Source: Gemmatimonadales bacterium (lineage in GTDB: Bacteria; Gemmatimonadota; Gemmatimonadetes; Gemmatimonadales; GWC2-71-9). From it: 64,000 nucleotides of DNA. The notes below the pieces were generated by a model that did not search any database, was not told where the DNA came from, and worked only from the letters and a program-made list of their open reading frames with translations. Shown one piece after another: positions 19,311 through 30,400 of this stretch. The stretch is from positions 7,061-71,060 of the forward strand of contig DATIWD010000025.1 of NCBI GenBank assembly GCA_035519565.1. Reading direction: 5' to 3'. Each line of letters begins with the position of its first letter. Position 1 is the first letter of the stretch. Position numbers and translations under genes: made by a program.

Positions 19311-20591
19311 TCACTTCTCCTTCATTCGCACTCGAATCGCCTCGGCGTGCCCCATCAGCCCTTCCGCCTCCGCCAGGACGATCACGTGGTCGGCATCGTT
19401 CAACAAGCGCGAGCGGTTATATCCAATGATGCTGGTCCGCTTCACGAAGTCGTACACCCCGAGCGGGCTGGCGTAGCGCGCGGTGCCCCGGGTTGGGAGA
19501 ACGTGGCTGGGGCCGGCCAGGTAGTCACCCACCGGCTCCGGGGAACTGTCTCCCAGAAAGATCGCGCCGGCGTGCCGGATTTCCTCGGAGATCCCCTCGG
19601 GATCCCGGACCAGCAGCTCCAGGTGCTCCGGGGCCCTGCGATTGATCACCGCCACTCCATCCTGAAGACTCGGCACCCAGACCAGGAGGCCGGAACGCTG
19701 GAGCGCCGCGCGAGCCACGGCCGCGCGAGGGGCCTTGGCCAGGGCGTCCTCGAGTGCCGCGGGCAAGGCATCGGCGATCCGGGTATCGGTGGTGATGCAC
19801 CAGGCCACCGCGTCTTCGTCATGCTCCGCCTGGGCCACCAGGTCGGCGGCGATCTTCTGGGGATCGGCGGTCGCGTCGGCCAGGATGACCAGCTCGGTGG
19901 GGCCCGCGATCATATCAATGCCCACGTCTCCCGCCACCTGCCGCTTGGCCTCCGCGACCCAGCGGTTTCCCGGTCCCACGATCTTGTCCACGCGAGGCAC
20001 GGTGGCGGTGCCGTACGCCAGGGCACCGATCGCCTGCGCGCCCCCAACCCGGAACAACCGAGTGACCCCGCCCAGGGCGCAGGCGGCAAGCACCGCATCC
20101 ATGGCGCCGGTGGGCGGAGTGACCGCGATGATCTCGGAGACTCCGGCTACCACCGCGGGGACCACGTTCATGATCACGGTGGACGGATAGCAGGCCTTGC
20201 CACCCGGCACGTACAGGCCCACGCGCTCCAGGGGGGTAACCCGCATTCCCAGGATGCTCCCGTCTTCCTGAAGCAGTCGGAAGCCCTGGTCACGCTGCCG
20301 GACGTGATAATCGGTGACCCGGGTGATGGCGGTCTCGAGCGCGTTGCGGAGGGTCAGGTTGATCCGGTCCAACGCCTCATGCCACACCGACTTGGGGACT
20401 TCCCATTCCTCGGGCGCCAGCTCGATGCCGTCAAACCGGCGGGTGGCATCCCGCACCGCGGCGTCGCCGCGACTGCGCACGTCGGCCAGCAGCGCGGCCA
20501 CCACGGTGCGGGTCTCCGCATCGGTCTCGACCAGTCGCGGGAGAAAGGGGTTGAGCCGCTCCATCGGCGGCACGGTGATCTGACGGATCAT
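19311..20591 (-). CDS. hisD: histidinol dehydrogenase
   Basis: Track ORF 19311..20849 trimmed to MIRQITVPP (ATG at 20591), giving 426 aa. HisD motifs present (YVPGGKACYPSTV, QAEHDEDA, NRSRLLNDADH region). Confidence 0.9.
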   Translation of the reverse strand: MIRQITVPPMERLNPFLPRLVETDAETRTVVAALLADVRSRGDAAVRDATRRFDGIELAPEEWEVPKSVWHEALDRINLTLRNALETAITRVTDYHVRQRDQGFRLLQEDGSILGMRVTPLERVGLYVPGGKACYPSTVIMNVVPAVVAGVSEIIAVTPPTGAMDAVLAACALGGVTRLFRVGGAQAIGALAYGTATVPRVDKIVGPGNRWVAEAKRQVAGDVGIDMIAGPTELVILADATADPQKIAADLVAQAEHDEDAVAWCITTDTRIADALPAALEDALAKAPRAAVARAALQRSGLLVWVPSLQDGVAVINRRAPEHLELLVRDPEGISEEIRHAGAIFLGDSSPEPVGDYLAGPSHVLPTRGTARYASPLGVYDFVKRTSIIGYNRSRLLNDADHVIVLAEAEGLMGHAEAIRVRMKEK

Positions 20592-20643
20592 CGACTTGGC
20601 CCGCCCTCCCGGGACCCCGCCTGGGCGGCTAGTCTTACCGGGT

Positions 20644-21948
20644 ATGTCCACATCGGTGGGCCTCCTGTCGGTGGCGGGCCTGGTCCTGGCCAACGCCTTC
20701 TTCGTCGCCGCGGAATTCTCCCTGGTCGCCACCCGCAAGACGCGGCTGGAGGCGATGATCCAGCAGGGGGATCGCAAAGCTATCCTCGCCCGTCGGGCAG
20801 TACAATCGCTGACCCGCTTCATCTCCGTGACCCAGTTGGGGATCACCATGACCTCCCTGGGTCTGGGCTGGATCGGCGAGCCGGCCCTGGCCGACCTGAT
20901 CGGCGGCGCCTTTGCCTTTCTGCCTTCTCCGTTTCATCTGGTTGCCACCCACGCCGTAGCCGGAGTCATCGCGTTCACCGCGATCACTTTCCTTCACATC
21001 ATCCTGGGCGAGCTGGTGCCCAAGGCCATCGCCCTGGCGTACCCGGAGACGATCCTGGGTTGGACCGCCGGACCCCTGATGGGATTCCGTTGGCTCATGG
21101 CCGGCCCAACCGCGTTGCTGTTCGGGGTCGCCAGGCAGCTCCTCACCTGGATGGGCGTCAAGCCGCCCGAGCATCATGAGCGACTCCATTCGCCCGAAGA
21201 GATCCGTCTGTTGGTGGAGCAGAGCGAAGAGGGCGGGAGCCTGGAGCAAGCCGACGCCCGATTGCTGGCCGGCGTCTTCGAGTTCAGCGAGAAGAATGCC
21301 ATGGAGGTGATGACGCCCCGCACCCAGGTCGAGGCGCTGGCCGCCGATCTCACGGTCGAGCAGGCGGCAGACGAAGTGGTGCGTGCGCGTCGCTCCCGCT
21401 ACCCGGTCTTCCGCGAGAGCCTGGATGACATCGTAGGCGTCGTGCACGCGAAGGAAATTCTGGCCGCCTTGCGCTCCAAGCCCGGTACCACGGTGGCCAC
21501 CTTGATGCGGCCCCCGCTCTTCGTCCCCGGCACTCGGGAAGTGGAAGACGTGCTGGCCGACATGAAGCGACTCAAGGTCCACATGGCCGTGGTGCTCGAC
21601 GAGTACGGCGGGACCGCGGGGCTGGTCACCATGGAGGACCTGCTGGAAGAGATCGTAGGCGAAATCCTCGACGAGTACGATCAGGCCGCGCCGGCGGCCC
21701 CTCCTCTGGAAGGGGCGCCACTCCTGGACGGCAGCATGCCGATTTCGGACCTCAACGCCGAGTATGACTTGTCGCTCGATGACCGGGAGTACACCACGCT
21801 GGGTGGCTACATCTTCGGCCAGCTGGGACGCTTGCCCCGGGCTGGCGATCGGGTCACCGTAGCGGGAGACACCTTTGAAGTCGTGGAGATGGAAGGCAAG
21901 CGGGTGAAATCGGTTCGCTTCCTCCAGGGCGCGGCTGGAAAGACCTGA
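20644..21948 (+). CDS. hemolysin-family / CNNM (DUF21)-CBS-CorC_HlyC domain protein
   Basis: Trimmed to MSTSVGLLSVAGLVLANAFFVAAEFSLV (ATG at 20644). DUF21 TM domain, a CBS pair (VMTPRTQV, RYPVF) and a CorC/HlyC C-terminal domain. Confidence 0.85.
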   Translation: MSTSVGLLSVAGLVLANAFFVAAEFSLVATRKTRLEAMIQQGDRKAILARRAVQSLTRFISVTQLGITMTSLGLGWIGEPALADLIGGAFAFLPSPFHLVATHAVAGVIAFTAITFLHIILGELVPKAIALAYPETILGWTAGPLMGFRWLMAGPTALLFGVARQLLTWMGVKPPEHHERLHSPEEIRLLVEQSEEGGSLEQADARLLAGVFEFSEKNAMEVMTPRTQVEALAADLTVEQAADEVVRARRSRYPVFRESLDDIVGVVHAKEILAALRSKPGTTVATLMRPPLFVPGTREVEDVLADMKRLKVHMAVVLDEYGGTAGLVTMEDLLEEIVGEILDEYDQAAPAAPPLEGAPLLDGSMPISDLNAEYDLSLDDREYTTLGGYIFGQLGRLPRAGDRVTVAGDTFEVVEMEGKRVKSVRFLQGAAGKT

Positions 21949-22041
21949 GCCGGAGCCTTCCGGCACGCTCTTCGTTCGACCCTTCCCCGTTCGTGGCGCG
22001 CCGCTTACCGCTCACCGCCGGCGCCGTTAGTTTGCTCGCCC

Positions 22042-23001
22042 ATGCCCTCGCGTCGCCCCCTCTCGCTTCCTCCCGGTGCGCTCGATCTCACCGGCCCCGC
22101 GGTACGCCACCGTCGCAGCCTCCAGCGCGCGACCATGGAAGTGCTGGCCGGCGCCGGGTACGAAGAAGTCATGCCCCCGGGCTTCGAGTACGAGGAGGTC
22201 TTCATGCGGGCCGGGGGCCCCGGCGTGGCGGAGCGCCTGGTACGGTTCATGGATTTGGACGGTCGCGTGCTGGCGCTCCGGTTCGACTACACGGCGAGCC
22301 TGGCGCGGGTAGCGGCCACCACCTTCGCGGCGGCCAACCGGCCGTTGCGCCTCTGCTATTCCGGAAGCGTCTTTCGCCAGGATCCCGAGCGGGGGAGCCG
22401 CCCGCGGGAGACCCTGCAGGTGGGCGCGGAGCTGCTGGGTGAGCGTGGCCTCGAGGCCGACGTCGAGATCGTCCGGCTGACGCTGGCGCTGGCGCGCGCC
22501 GCGGGGCTCCGTGAATTCCAGATCAATCTGGGCCACGTGGGAGTCCTGGCCCCCGGCCTCGCCGCACTGGATGAAGACCTCCGCGCCGACGTCCACCGCT
22601 GGATTGACCGGAAAGACCGGGCCAGCCTCAATCGCGCGTTGGCGGGCGAATCATCACTGGCCCAGACCCTCCTCACCCTGCCATTCGTGATGGGGCGCCG
22701 GGCCGCGCTCGATGAAGCGGAGCGGAGCGCTCCGGAAGCCTCGCGTCCGGGGCTCGCCCACCTGCGCGCCTTGAACGACGCGCTGCGATCCGACGAGCAG
22801 GCGCACCTGGTCTATGACCTGGGCGAGGTCCGTGGCCTCGATTACTACACCGGGATCCACTTCGAGGTGTTCACGGCGGGAGCGGGCCGGGCGGTGGGCG
22901 CCGGAGGCCGTTACGACGGACTCATGGCCAAGTTCGGCCCGGCTCGTCCCGCGGTGGGCGTCGCCCTCGATCTCGATACCATCTGCGAGGCGGCCCCGTG
23001 A
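22042..23001 (+). CDS. hisZ: ATP phosphoribosyltransferase regulatory subunit HisZ
   Basis: 319 aa, a class-II aaRS-like HisRS paralogue (GYEEVMPPGFEY, LRFDYTASLARV, YYTGIHFEVF). 4-nt overlap with hisG. Confidence 0.8.
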   Translation: MPSRRPLSLPPGALDLTGPAVRHRRSLQRATMEVLAGAGYEEVMPPGFEYEEVFMRAGGPGVAERLVRFMDLDGRVLALRFDYTASLARVAATTFAAANRPLRLCYSGSVFRQDPERGSRPRETLQVGAELLGERGLEADVEIVRLTLALARAAGLREFQINLGHVGVLAPGLAALDEDLRADVHRWIDRKDRASLNRALAGESSLAQTLLTLPFVMGRRAALDEAERSAPEASRPGLAHLRALNDALRSDEQAHLVYDLGEVRGLDYYTGIHFEVFTAGAGRAVGAGGRYDGLMAKFGPARPAVGVALDLDTICEAAP

Positions 23002-23630
23002 CCACCCAGCTCCGCATCGCGCTCCCGAAGGGGCGGCTCTACGATCCGACCCTCGAACGATTCAAGCGGGCGGGGATCGCGCTGACTGGCGACCCGGGGC
23101 GGCGCCTGCTGGTGCCCGCCTCCGAGCCCGGCATCGAATTTCTCGCGGTCAAGCCGATGGACGTTCCCGTCTATGTCGAATCGGGCGCCGCTGACCTGGG
23201 CGTGACCGGCACCGATGTCCTCCGCGAGACCAATGCCGACGTGCTGGAGCCGCTCGATCTCGGGTTCGGCCACTGCCGCCTGGTGGTCGCGTCGCCGACC
23301 GGATCGCCGTATCCGGATCTGCCCGGGGGAATCACGCCCAGAGTCGCCACCAAGTATCCCCGACTGGCCTGGCAACACTTCGCCGCGGCCGGCCGGCCGG
23401 TCGAGGTCGTGACCGTGGCGGGATCGGTGGAAGTCGCCCCGCTCCTGGGGCTCTCGCACTGGATCGTGGATCTGGTGGATACGGGGAATACGCTCAGGGC
23501 CAACGATCTGGCCGAGCGGGAGGTGATTCTCGCCTGCAGTGCGATCCTGGTGGCCAACCGGGCCAGTCAGAAGCTCAAGCTCGAGCGGTTCCAACAGGTG
23601 ACCGGCCGCCTCGAGGCAGCCGGCGGGTAA
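22998..23630 (+). CDS. hisG: ATP phosphoribosyltransferase (short form)
   Basis: 210 aa (LRIALPKGRL, DVPVYVESGAADLGVTGTDVL, VDLVDTGNTLRAN). A short HisG is consistent with the presence of hisZ. Confidence 0.9.
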   Translation: MTTQLRIALPKGRLYDPTLERFKRAGIALTGDPGRRLLVPASEPGIEFLAVKPMDVPVYVESGAADLGVTGTDVLRETNADVLEPLDLGFGHCRLVVASPTGSPYPDLPGGITPRVATKYPRLAWQHFAAAGRPVEVVTVAGSVEVAPLLGLSHWIVDLVDTGNTLRANDLAEREVILACSAILVANRASQKLKLERFQQVTGRLEAAGG

Positions 23631-23639
23631 CGCCCTGGC

Positions 23640-24575
23640 CTACCTTGGCGCCGGGGCTTCGACGTTCCGGCGCGCCAGCTCGACCGCCAATTCCAGCGCC
23701 TTCCGCATGCTCGACGGGTCCGCCTGCCCGGTGCCGGCGATATCGAACGCGGTGCCATGGTCGGGTGAGGTTCTCGGAAACGGGAGTCCGAGCGTGACGT
23801 TCACCGCCGAGCCGAAGGCCGCCACCTTGATCGCGGTCATCCCCACGTCGTGATAGGGCGCCAGCACCGCGTCGAATTCCCCCCGCAGCGCCCGCACGAA
23901 GACCGTATCCGCCGGCAGCGGGCCGGCCGCCTTGAGCTTGGTCGCGGCCGGTTCCAGGATCCGGCTCTCCTCATCGCCGAAGATCCCACCCTCCCCGGCG
24001 TGGGGATTCAGGGCGCAGAGGACCAGCCGCGGGTGCTGGAGTCCCCACCAGTCGTGCAGGGCCCGCCGGGTCACCTGACCGACCTTGACGATCCGATCCA
24101 CGGTCAGAAGCTCGGGCACCGAGCGCAACGGGACGTGGGTGGTGACCAGCACGACCCGCAGTCGCTCTGCGGCCAGCATCATCGCGACGTCCACATCGCC
24201 CGCCAGGTGGGCCAGCCACTCGGTGTGTCCCGGATAGGTGAACCCGGCGAGATGCAGCGCCTGCTTCTGGAGCGGCGCGGTGACGATCCCGTCTACGGCA
24301 CCCTCGAGCGCGAGGCGGGCGGCGGTCTCCACGCTGTGTCCGGCAATCTGCCCGGCGCGGACCGGGCGCGACGACGCCGGACCACCCTTGCCCCAGCGGC
24401 CCACGCCGACCAGCCGGGCGGCGGGCAGTCCTTCGATCTGGTCGTCGGCACCGACGACGGTGAGTTCGGCTTCGAGGGGAATTTCCAGCGCGCGCGCTAC
24501 GATCTCGGGTCCGATCCCCCGGGGATCGCCCAGGGTGACCGCGAGTCGTGGCCGTCGGGAGGTGATAAGGCGCAG
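23640..24575 (-). CDS. pdxA: 4-hydroxythreonine-4-phosphate dehydrogenase PdxA (start codon unresolved)
   Basis: Track ORF 23640..24404 begins at a GTG. The same frame stays open up to 24707 and encodes the conserved PdxA N-terminus (RLAVTLGDPRGIGPEIVARAL). No ATG/GTG/TTG occurs in that stretch. The 5' end is set provisionally at CTG 24575; ATC 24566 is an alternative. Located downstream of surA, as in the classical surA-pdxA arrangement. Confidence 0.75.
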   Translation of the reverse strand: MRLITSRRPRLAVTLGDPRGIGPEIVARALEIPLEAELTVVGADDQIEGLPAARLVGVGRWGKGGPASSRPVRAGQIAGHSVETAARLALEGAVDGIVTAPLQKQALHLAGFTYPGHTEWLAHLAGDVDVAMMLAAERLRVVLVTTHVPLRSVPELLTVDRIVKVGQVTRRALHDWWGLQHPRLVLCALNPHAGEGGIFGDEESRILEPAATKLKAAGPLPADTVFVRALRGEFDAVLAPYHDVGMTAIKVAAFGSAVNVTLGLPFPRTSPDHGTAFDIAGTGQADPSSMRKALELAVELARRNVEAPAPR

Positions 24576-24589
24576 GCGACGAGGCGTGT

Positions 24590-25924
24590 CTAGAACCCCC
24601 GGATCTCCACGTAGGAGTTCTTGCGGAGCCTGGCGACGTAATGCTGGACCGCCAGGTCCTTGCCCAACCCGGTGCGGATCTGGTCCCGCACATCCTCGTA
24701 CTTGACCTCACCCGCCGACCGGCGATTCATCAGCTTGAGGATGATGTACTTGTCGCGATAGGACACCGGACCCGGCAGTTTGAAGAGCGGGACGACCGCG
24801 CCGGAATCCAGCTGGCCGATCGCCGCCTGATACTCCGGCGGCAGCCGGTTGAGGGAGACATCGCTGGCGTCCTTGTCCAGCGTGGGGTCATTGTAGAGTC
24901 GTTGCAGCGAGTCGATCGAGGCCCCGTTCAAGACCGCGGTCCGGATGCGCTCCCCCATCGCCTGGGCGCTGTCCGCTTCGGCCTGCGTGATCTCGGGCAT
25001 GATGAGGATGTGCCGGGCCTGGATCTCGCCCGGCTGGACTCGTTGCACCTGGATCACGTGGAATCCGAAGATGGTCTCGACCGGATTGGAGACGACGCCC
25101 GGCTTGAGGTTGAAGGCGACCTGCTCGAACTGGGTCACCATCATGCCGCGCCGGAACCAGCCCAGGTCCCCGCCCTGTTCCTTGGTGGTGGGATCCTGCG
25201 AGAACCGTTTCGCCGCCGAGGCGAAATCGCCACCCTTCCGCAGCCCGCGCGCGATCGAATCGGCCAGCAGATAGGCGCGGAGCAGGGCGGCGGAGTCGGC
25301 CTTGGGCGTTACCACGATCTGCTTGATCGAGACGGTCGCCGGCCGATCGCCCAGCTCCGCCTTCCGTTCCTCGAAGGCCGCTCGCATCTCCTTATCCGTG
25401 GGAATCACCGGCTCCAGCTTGTGTTCGCCCTGAAGCTTCTCCAGGAGCCGGTTCTTGAGCGCCTCCCGCCGCTGCTGATCGCTGAGCCACCGGCGATACT
25501 CATCGGGACTGTCGAATCCGGCCTTTCGCAGCTCGCCGCGATATTCGATTTCCGAAACGAACTTGCCCCGCACGTTCTTCACCTGCTGCTCCACCCCTTC
25601 GGCCACTTCCTGGTCAGTCACCTTGATCGCGGTGTCCTGCTGAGCCTCCTGGACCAGGAGCTCGACGTCGATGATCTCGTTGAGCACCCGCCGGCAATAT
25701 GCCCGCAATGCCCCGGCGCTGTCGGGCAGCTTGATCCCCTGCTGCGCGATGCTCTGGTAGGCGGTCTCGTCGACGTACGAGGCCAGGATCGGTGCATTCC
25801 CCACCACGGCGACGACTCGGTCGATCGACTGGGCGGTATCGCAGCGCTGCTGCTGGGCCAGTCCCGGTCGGGCCACCGCGACGAGCAACGTCAGAAAGAC
25901 GAAAAGTACGAGTCGTGCCTTCAT
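24590..25924 (-). CDS. surA: periplasmic chaperone / peptidyl-prolyl isomerase SurA-like
   Basis: 444 aa. Signal peptide, SurA N-terminal-like domain (DRVVAVVGNAPILASYVD), and a parvulin domain (ARHILIMPE...FGFHVIQV). Confidence 0.8.
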   Translation of the reverse strand: MKARLVLFVFLTLLVAVARPGLAQQQRCDTAQSIDRVVAVVGNAPILASYVDETAYQSIAQQGIKLPDSAGALRAYCRRVLNEIIDVELLVQEAQQDTAIKVTDQEVAEGVEQQVKNVRGKFVSEIEYRGELRKAGFDSPDEYRRWLSDQQRREALKNRLLEKLQGEHKLEPVIPTDKEMRAAFEERKAELGDRPATVSIKQIVVTPKADSAALLRAYLLADSIARGLRKGGDFASAAKRFSQDPTTKEQGGDLGWFRRGMMVTQFEQVAFNLKPGVVSNPVETIFGFHVIQVQRVQPGEIQARHILIMPEITQAEADSAQAMGERIRTAVLNGASIDSLQRLYNDPTLDKDASDVSLNRLPPEYQAAIGQLDSGAVVPLFKLPGPVSYRDKYIILKLMNRRSAGEVKYEDVRDQIRTGLGKDLAVQHYVARLRKNSYVEIRGF

Positions 25925-27414
25925 GTCACCTTTGCTCTGGGCGCAGCGGTACTGGTGCTGTCATGTCCGGGAATCGGGGCCGGACCCGGAGCCGGTCGCA
26001 GGCCCGGTCCCGTCGGCTTCTTCGCCGCGGCGGAATCGCGCTGCTGCTTCGCCACGATGGCCGCCTTGGTAAGGGCCAGCGCGACGCCGTCCGGAAACTG
26101 ATGGTAGGGGTACCGGTCTCGCAGCACACTGATGAGCCCGCCGCCCGGAGGACGGCTCCTGGTTCCCGCGGCAATCCGATCGAGCAGGCCGTTCACCCTG
26201 CCTTCGACCCAGACCGGTTGGCGGGCCGAATCCGCATCGGCCGAACCCCCGATTCTGAGCGCCTGTTTCAAGCTATCCAGGTCGCCGCGGTATTGCTGAT
26301 AGATCGAGCGCCATTCCGGCTCGGTGATGCCCACCTTGGCCGAATCCGCCTGTTGAAGAACCAGTTTGGTCTGCGCCAGCCCCTTGACGAATCGCATGAT
26401 CTCGAAGTCGCGCATCCGATCGAAGCGGGTCACCACCAGGGGGCCCACGGCCTGGATGAAGTTGATCAGCTCACGCTCGGTGTAGGCCCCACCCTGGTAG
26501 ATCGCCAGGGGCCGATTCGACTTGAGCGCGTGCTCCCGATCGTCCATGGCGTTGCGGACCAGTTGCGGCGTGTTGTAAGGAAACCTGAGCCCGTACCGGT
26601 CGCACAGATCGATGACGTAGATGGAATCCAGCCGGGGGCGCTCGCGTTCGGTCAAGTAGGCCATCCACTTGGCGCGGACCTCGGTGAGCGGAGGCCGCCG
26701 GATGATGTGGAATCCGGCCCGGCTCTCGACCACCCCACTGTGCTGGCCCGGTGCCAGAGTCCAGGCGACACTGTCGAACTTGGCCGTAAAGGTGCCACGC
26801 ACCGCTGGAGGCATCACCCCCTTGGCGGCCCGACCCACGGTGTCGTCCGAGTACCTCATGGCCAGCTCGCCGAAGTCAGCGCCGGCATCCAGGCGGGCCA
26901 GGAGGCGCGATGCCCTGTTCTTGGCCTCCGCGCGTTGAGGCGCGGGAGCATTGGGCGGCGCGATCACCAGAAGCTGCTGGAACACCCGTTCCCGCCCGGC
27001 GGCGTCCGCGCTATCAGCGAGCGAATCGGGGAGCACCGGCCGATGGGCGGCCAGGGTGTCGCGCCAATGGGTCAGCCGCGCCCGAACCACCTGCGGCCAC
27101 ATCGCCTGCGCGGCAGTGGCCGAGTCATCGAGCGCGGCGCCGGTCGTCACCGCCTGGGTGAACAGGCTGTAGTTGATCCAGGCATCGGCCAGCAGCTCGG
27201 CGCCCGCCTTGTTGAGGCTCACCTGTTTCCCCAGGCCCGTGAGCAGCTCGGCCAGCCGGTCAGCCGGCAGACCGGTGGGGCCGGCCGTCGCCGCCAGCGG
27301 CGGATGCGCGGTGAACATGTCGCCCGGCGCGCCACACCCGGCAAGCGTTCCCGTCGCGCACAGCGCCCAGATCGTGAGACCGCGACCTACCCGCATGCCC
27401 AGACTCCCATTCAT
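25921..27414 (-). CDS. parvulin-type peptidyl-prolyl isomerase lipoprotein (SurA/PpiD-like)
   Basis: 497 aa. Lipobox (TLAGCG) and a parvulin core (GQHSGVVESRAGFHIIRR). 4-nt overlaps with both mfd and surA. Confidence 0.7.
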   Translation of the reverse strand: MNGSLGMRVGRGLTIWALCATGTLAGCGAPGDMFTAHPPLAATAGPTGLPADRLAELLTGLGKQVSLNKAGAELLADAWINYSLFTQAVTTGAALDDSATAAQAMWPQVVRARLTHWRDTLAAHRPVLPDSLADSADAAGRERVFQQLLVIAPPNAPAPQRAEAKNRASRLLARLDAGADFGELAMRYSDDTVGRAAKGVMPPAVRGTFTAKFDSVAWTLAPGQHSGVVESRAGFHIIRRPPLTEVRAKWMAYLTERERPRLDSIYVIDLCDRYGLRFPYNTPQLVRNAMDDREHALKSNRPLAIYQGGAYTERELINFIQAVGPLVVTRFDRMRDFEIMRFVKGLAQTKLVLQQADSAKVGITEPEWRSIYQQYRGDLDSLKQALRIGGSADADSARQPVWVEGRVNGLLDRIAAGTRSRPPGGGLISVLRDRYPYHQFPDGVALALTKAAIVAKQQRDSAAAKKPTGPGLRPAPGPAPIPGHDSTSTAAPRAKVT

Positions 27415-30400
27415 TGTGAGGCCGGCGCCAGGACCGGCTCCGGGCCAACGGCCGCTCGGAGGGCACGGACCAGCGCCGGCGTCATCGGTTCCCCGCCCAG
27501 ACGGGTGAGGCGCAGGGCGAGCGGAACCGTTCGCCGAACCTCGGCCGCCAACTGCACCTCGTCCAGCGCGACCTTGAGCCCGGCCAACCGCGGCACCGCG
27601 CCGGCCCGGAAACTCAATCGCGCTTCTTCCCCGTGCACCAGCAGGTGTTGCACGCCGATCCGCGCACCCAGAATCCTGAGCCGGGAGAGATGCAGCAGGT
27701 TTTCCGCCTCGGCCGGCAAGGGGCCGAACCGTTCGCGCATCTCGTCGCGAAGCTGCTCAATGTCGCCAGGGGTGGTGGTCCGCGCCAGTCGCCGATAGAG
27801 ATCCAGCTTGACGTCGTCCTCGGAAACGTAATCGTCCGGGAGATGGGCCGGCTGGTCGAGTACCACCTCCGGCGGCGCCGGCTGTTCGCCCTCCCCCTGC
27901 CCCTTGAGCGCCCGCACGGTTTCGTCCAGCCAGCGGAGGTAGAGATCGAAGCCGACCGCCTGGGCGTGGCCCGACTGTTCCGCGCCGAGCAGATCGCCGG
28001 CGCCCCGAAGCTCCAGGTCCTTGAGCGCGATCCGGTACCCGGCGCCGAGATCGGTGTGATGCTCCAGGACCTTGAGCCGCTCCTCCGCCTCGCGATCGAT
28101 CAGATCGGGCACGAGAAGATAGCAATAGGCGCGGCGGTGGCTGCGGCCGACCCGGCCCCGCAGCTGGTACAGCTGCGCCAGGCCGAACCGGTGGGCGTCG
28201 TGCACCACCATGGTGTTGGCGTTGGCCACGTCGAGACCGGACTCGACGATCATGGTCGAGACCAGAACGTCCACCTCTCCCGCCACGAATTGCCGCATCA
28301 CCTCTTCCAGCGGCTCCGCCGGCATCTGGCCGTGCACCACGCCCACTCGGGCCCGGGGCGCCAGAGCCCGGACCCGTTCGGCGATGGTGTTGATGGTCTC
28401 GATCCGGTTGTGGACGAAAAAGGTCTGCCCTCCCCGATCCAGCTCCCGCGCCAGCGCTTCCTCGAGCAGCCCATCGTCCCACGGTTCCACAAAGGTGAGA
28501 ATCGGCGAGCGGTCCCGCGGCGGTGTCTCGATGATGGTCAGGTCCCGGAGCCCGGCCAGACTCATGTGCAGCGTCCGGGGAATGGGAGTCGCGGTCAGCG
28601 TCAGCACGTGGACCGAGAGGCGCAATGCCCTGAGCCGCTCCTTGTGTTTGACGCCGAAGCGGTGCTCCTCGTCCACCACCAGGAGACCCAGATCCTTGAA
28701 CCGGGCGTCGGGAGAGAGCAGCCGGTGGGTCCCAATCACGATATCGACCTCGCCAGCGGCCAGTCGAGCCAGCAGCGCCTTCTGCTCCCTGGGCGTCCGG
28801 AATCGCGAGAGGACTTCGATCCGGACCGGGAAATCCACCAGCCGCTCGGAGAATGTGCGCCCGTGCTGGTCGGCGAGAATGGTGGTGGGAACCAGGACTG
28901 CCACCTGCTTGCCCGCCTGGACCGCCTTGAACGCCGCCCGCACCGCGATCTCCGTCTTGCCGTAGCCCACATCTCCCACCAGCAGGCGATCCATCGGACG
29001 AGGAGCTTCGAGATCCCGCTTCACTTCTTCGGTCGCACGCCGCTGATCCGGCGTGTCCTCATAGAGGAAAGAGGACTCCAGCTCGCGCTGCCACTTGGTA
29101 TCAGGCGGAAAGGCGAACCCCGAGGCTACCTTCCGCCGCGCATAGAGGTCGAGCAGCTCGGCCGCCATGTCCTTGATCGCGCCCCGGGTCCGATCTCGAA
29201 CCCGCTGCCAGCTGGTCCCGCCCAGGCGATGGAGTCGGGGCGGCGGCCGATCGGAGCCATCCTCCGCCGCGCGATACCGCTCCAACTGGTCGAGCCGGTA
29301 CAGGGGAACGTTGAGCAGGTCGCCGCCCTCGTACTCCAGGACCGCGACCTCCAGCTTGGCCTCGCCGACCGTGATGGTCTGAATGCCCCGATAGATCCCG
29401 ATGCCATGCTCGAGGTGGACGACGAAGTCCCCCAGTGCCAGGACCCCTGTGGCCGCGGAGGGCGCCGCCTGCCGGTAGCGCCGGGGGCGCCGCAGCCGCC
29501 GAGCCCGGCGGAAGATCTCGTGGTCGGTGAGCACCCGAAGCGAGGGCAGGACGAACCCGCCGTCGAGCGAGCCCACCACCAGTTGAGCGCCGGTGGGACC
29601 CCGCGGCCCTTCATTCAGCAGCTCATCCAGCCGCTCCAGCTGCCCTTCGTTGTCGCAGAGGATGACGGTCGGCTGTCCCCCGGCGAGCAGGGTGCGCAGG
29701 CGGGGAAGATCCCGATCGACCCGCTCGGGGGGGGAGAGTCCGGCGTGCAGGTCGGCCGGCTCCTCGCCCAGCACGAGGCTCGCAAAGCCGGCGATGCGCT
29801 GCAGCCAGCCCTCGGGCTCCTCGAACAGCTCCTCGCGGGTCGGGGTGATTTCTCCGAGGCGGCGCGCGACCTCGAGGTGGTGGGCCGCCTCCTGCCAGGC
29901 CCGCGCCACCTCTTCCCGGCCCGGCCCGGGTGATTCCTGGATCAGTAGCGTTTCCGGCGGAAGCACCTCGAGCAGCGTGCGCCGCTCCGCCTGCATCTCC
30001 TCCGGCTCCTGGGGCTGACTCCGGATCGGGAGCACAGTGACTTCGTCGAGTGGCGTGAGCGACCGCTGGCTGGTGAGATCGAAGGCGCGTACCGAGGTCA
30101 GCTGGTCTCCCCACCATTCGCAGCGGGCCGGGAACGCCATGCCGAACCCATAGATATCCACGATCCCACCCCGCACACTGAACTCGGCGACTTCCGTCAC
30201 GGTCGGGACCCGTTGATAGCCCATCGCCCCCAGCTGGGCGACCGCTTCGCTCAGGGTCGGGCCGGCTCCCCGCTGCCCGGACGCCACCGCCGCCAGCCGC
30301 AGCCGCGCTCGCGAGAGCACCGCCGGAAGCTGAGTCCGCTCCATGGTCGCGCGGACAGTGGTCACCAGAAGGCGAATCCGCCCGTGGAGCAGCGCGTCCA

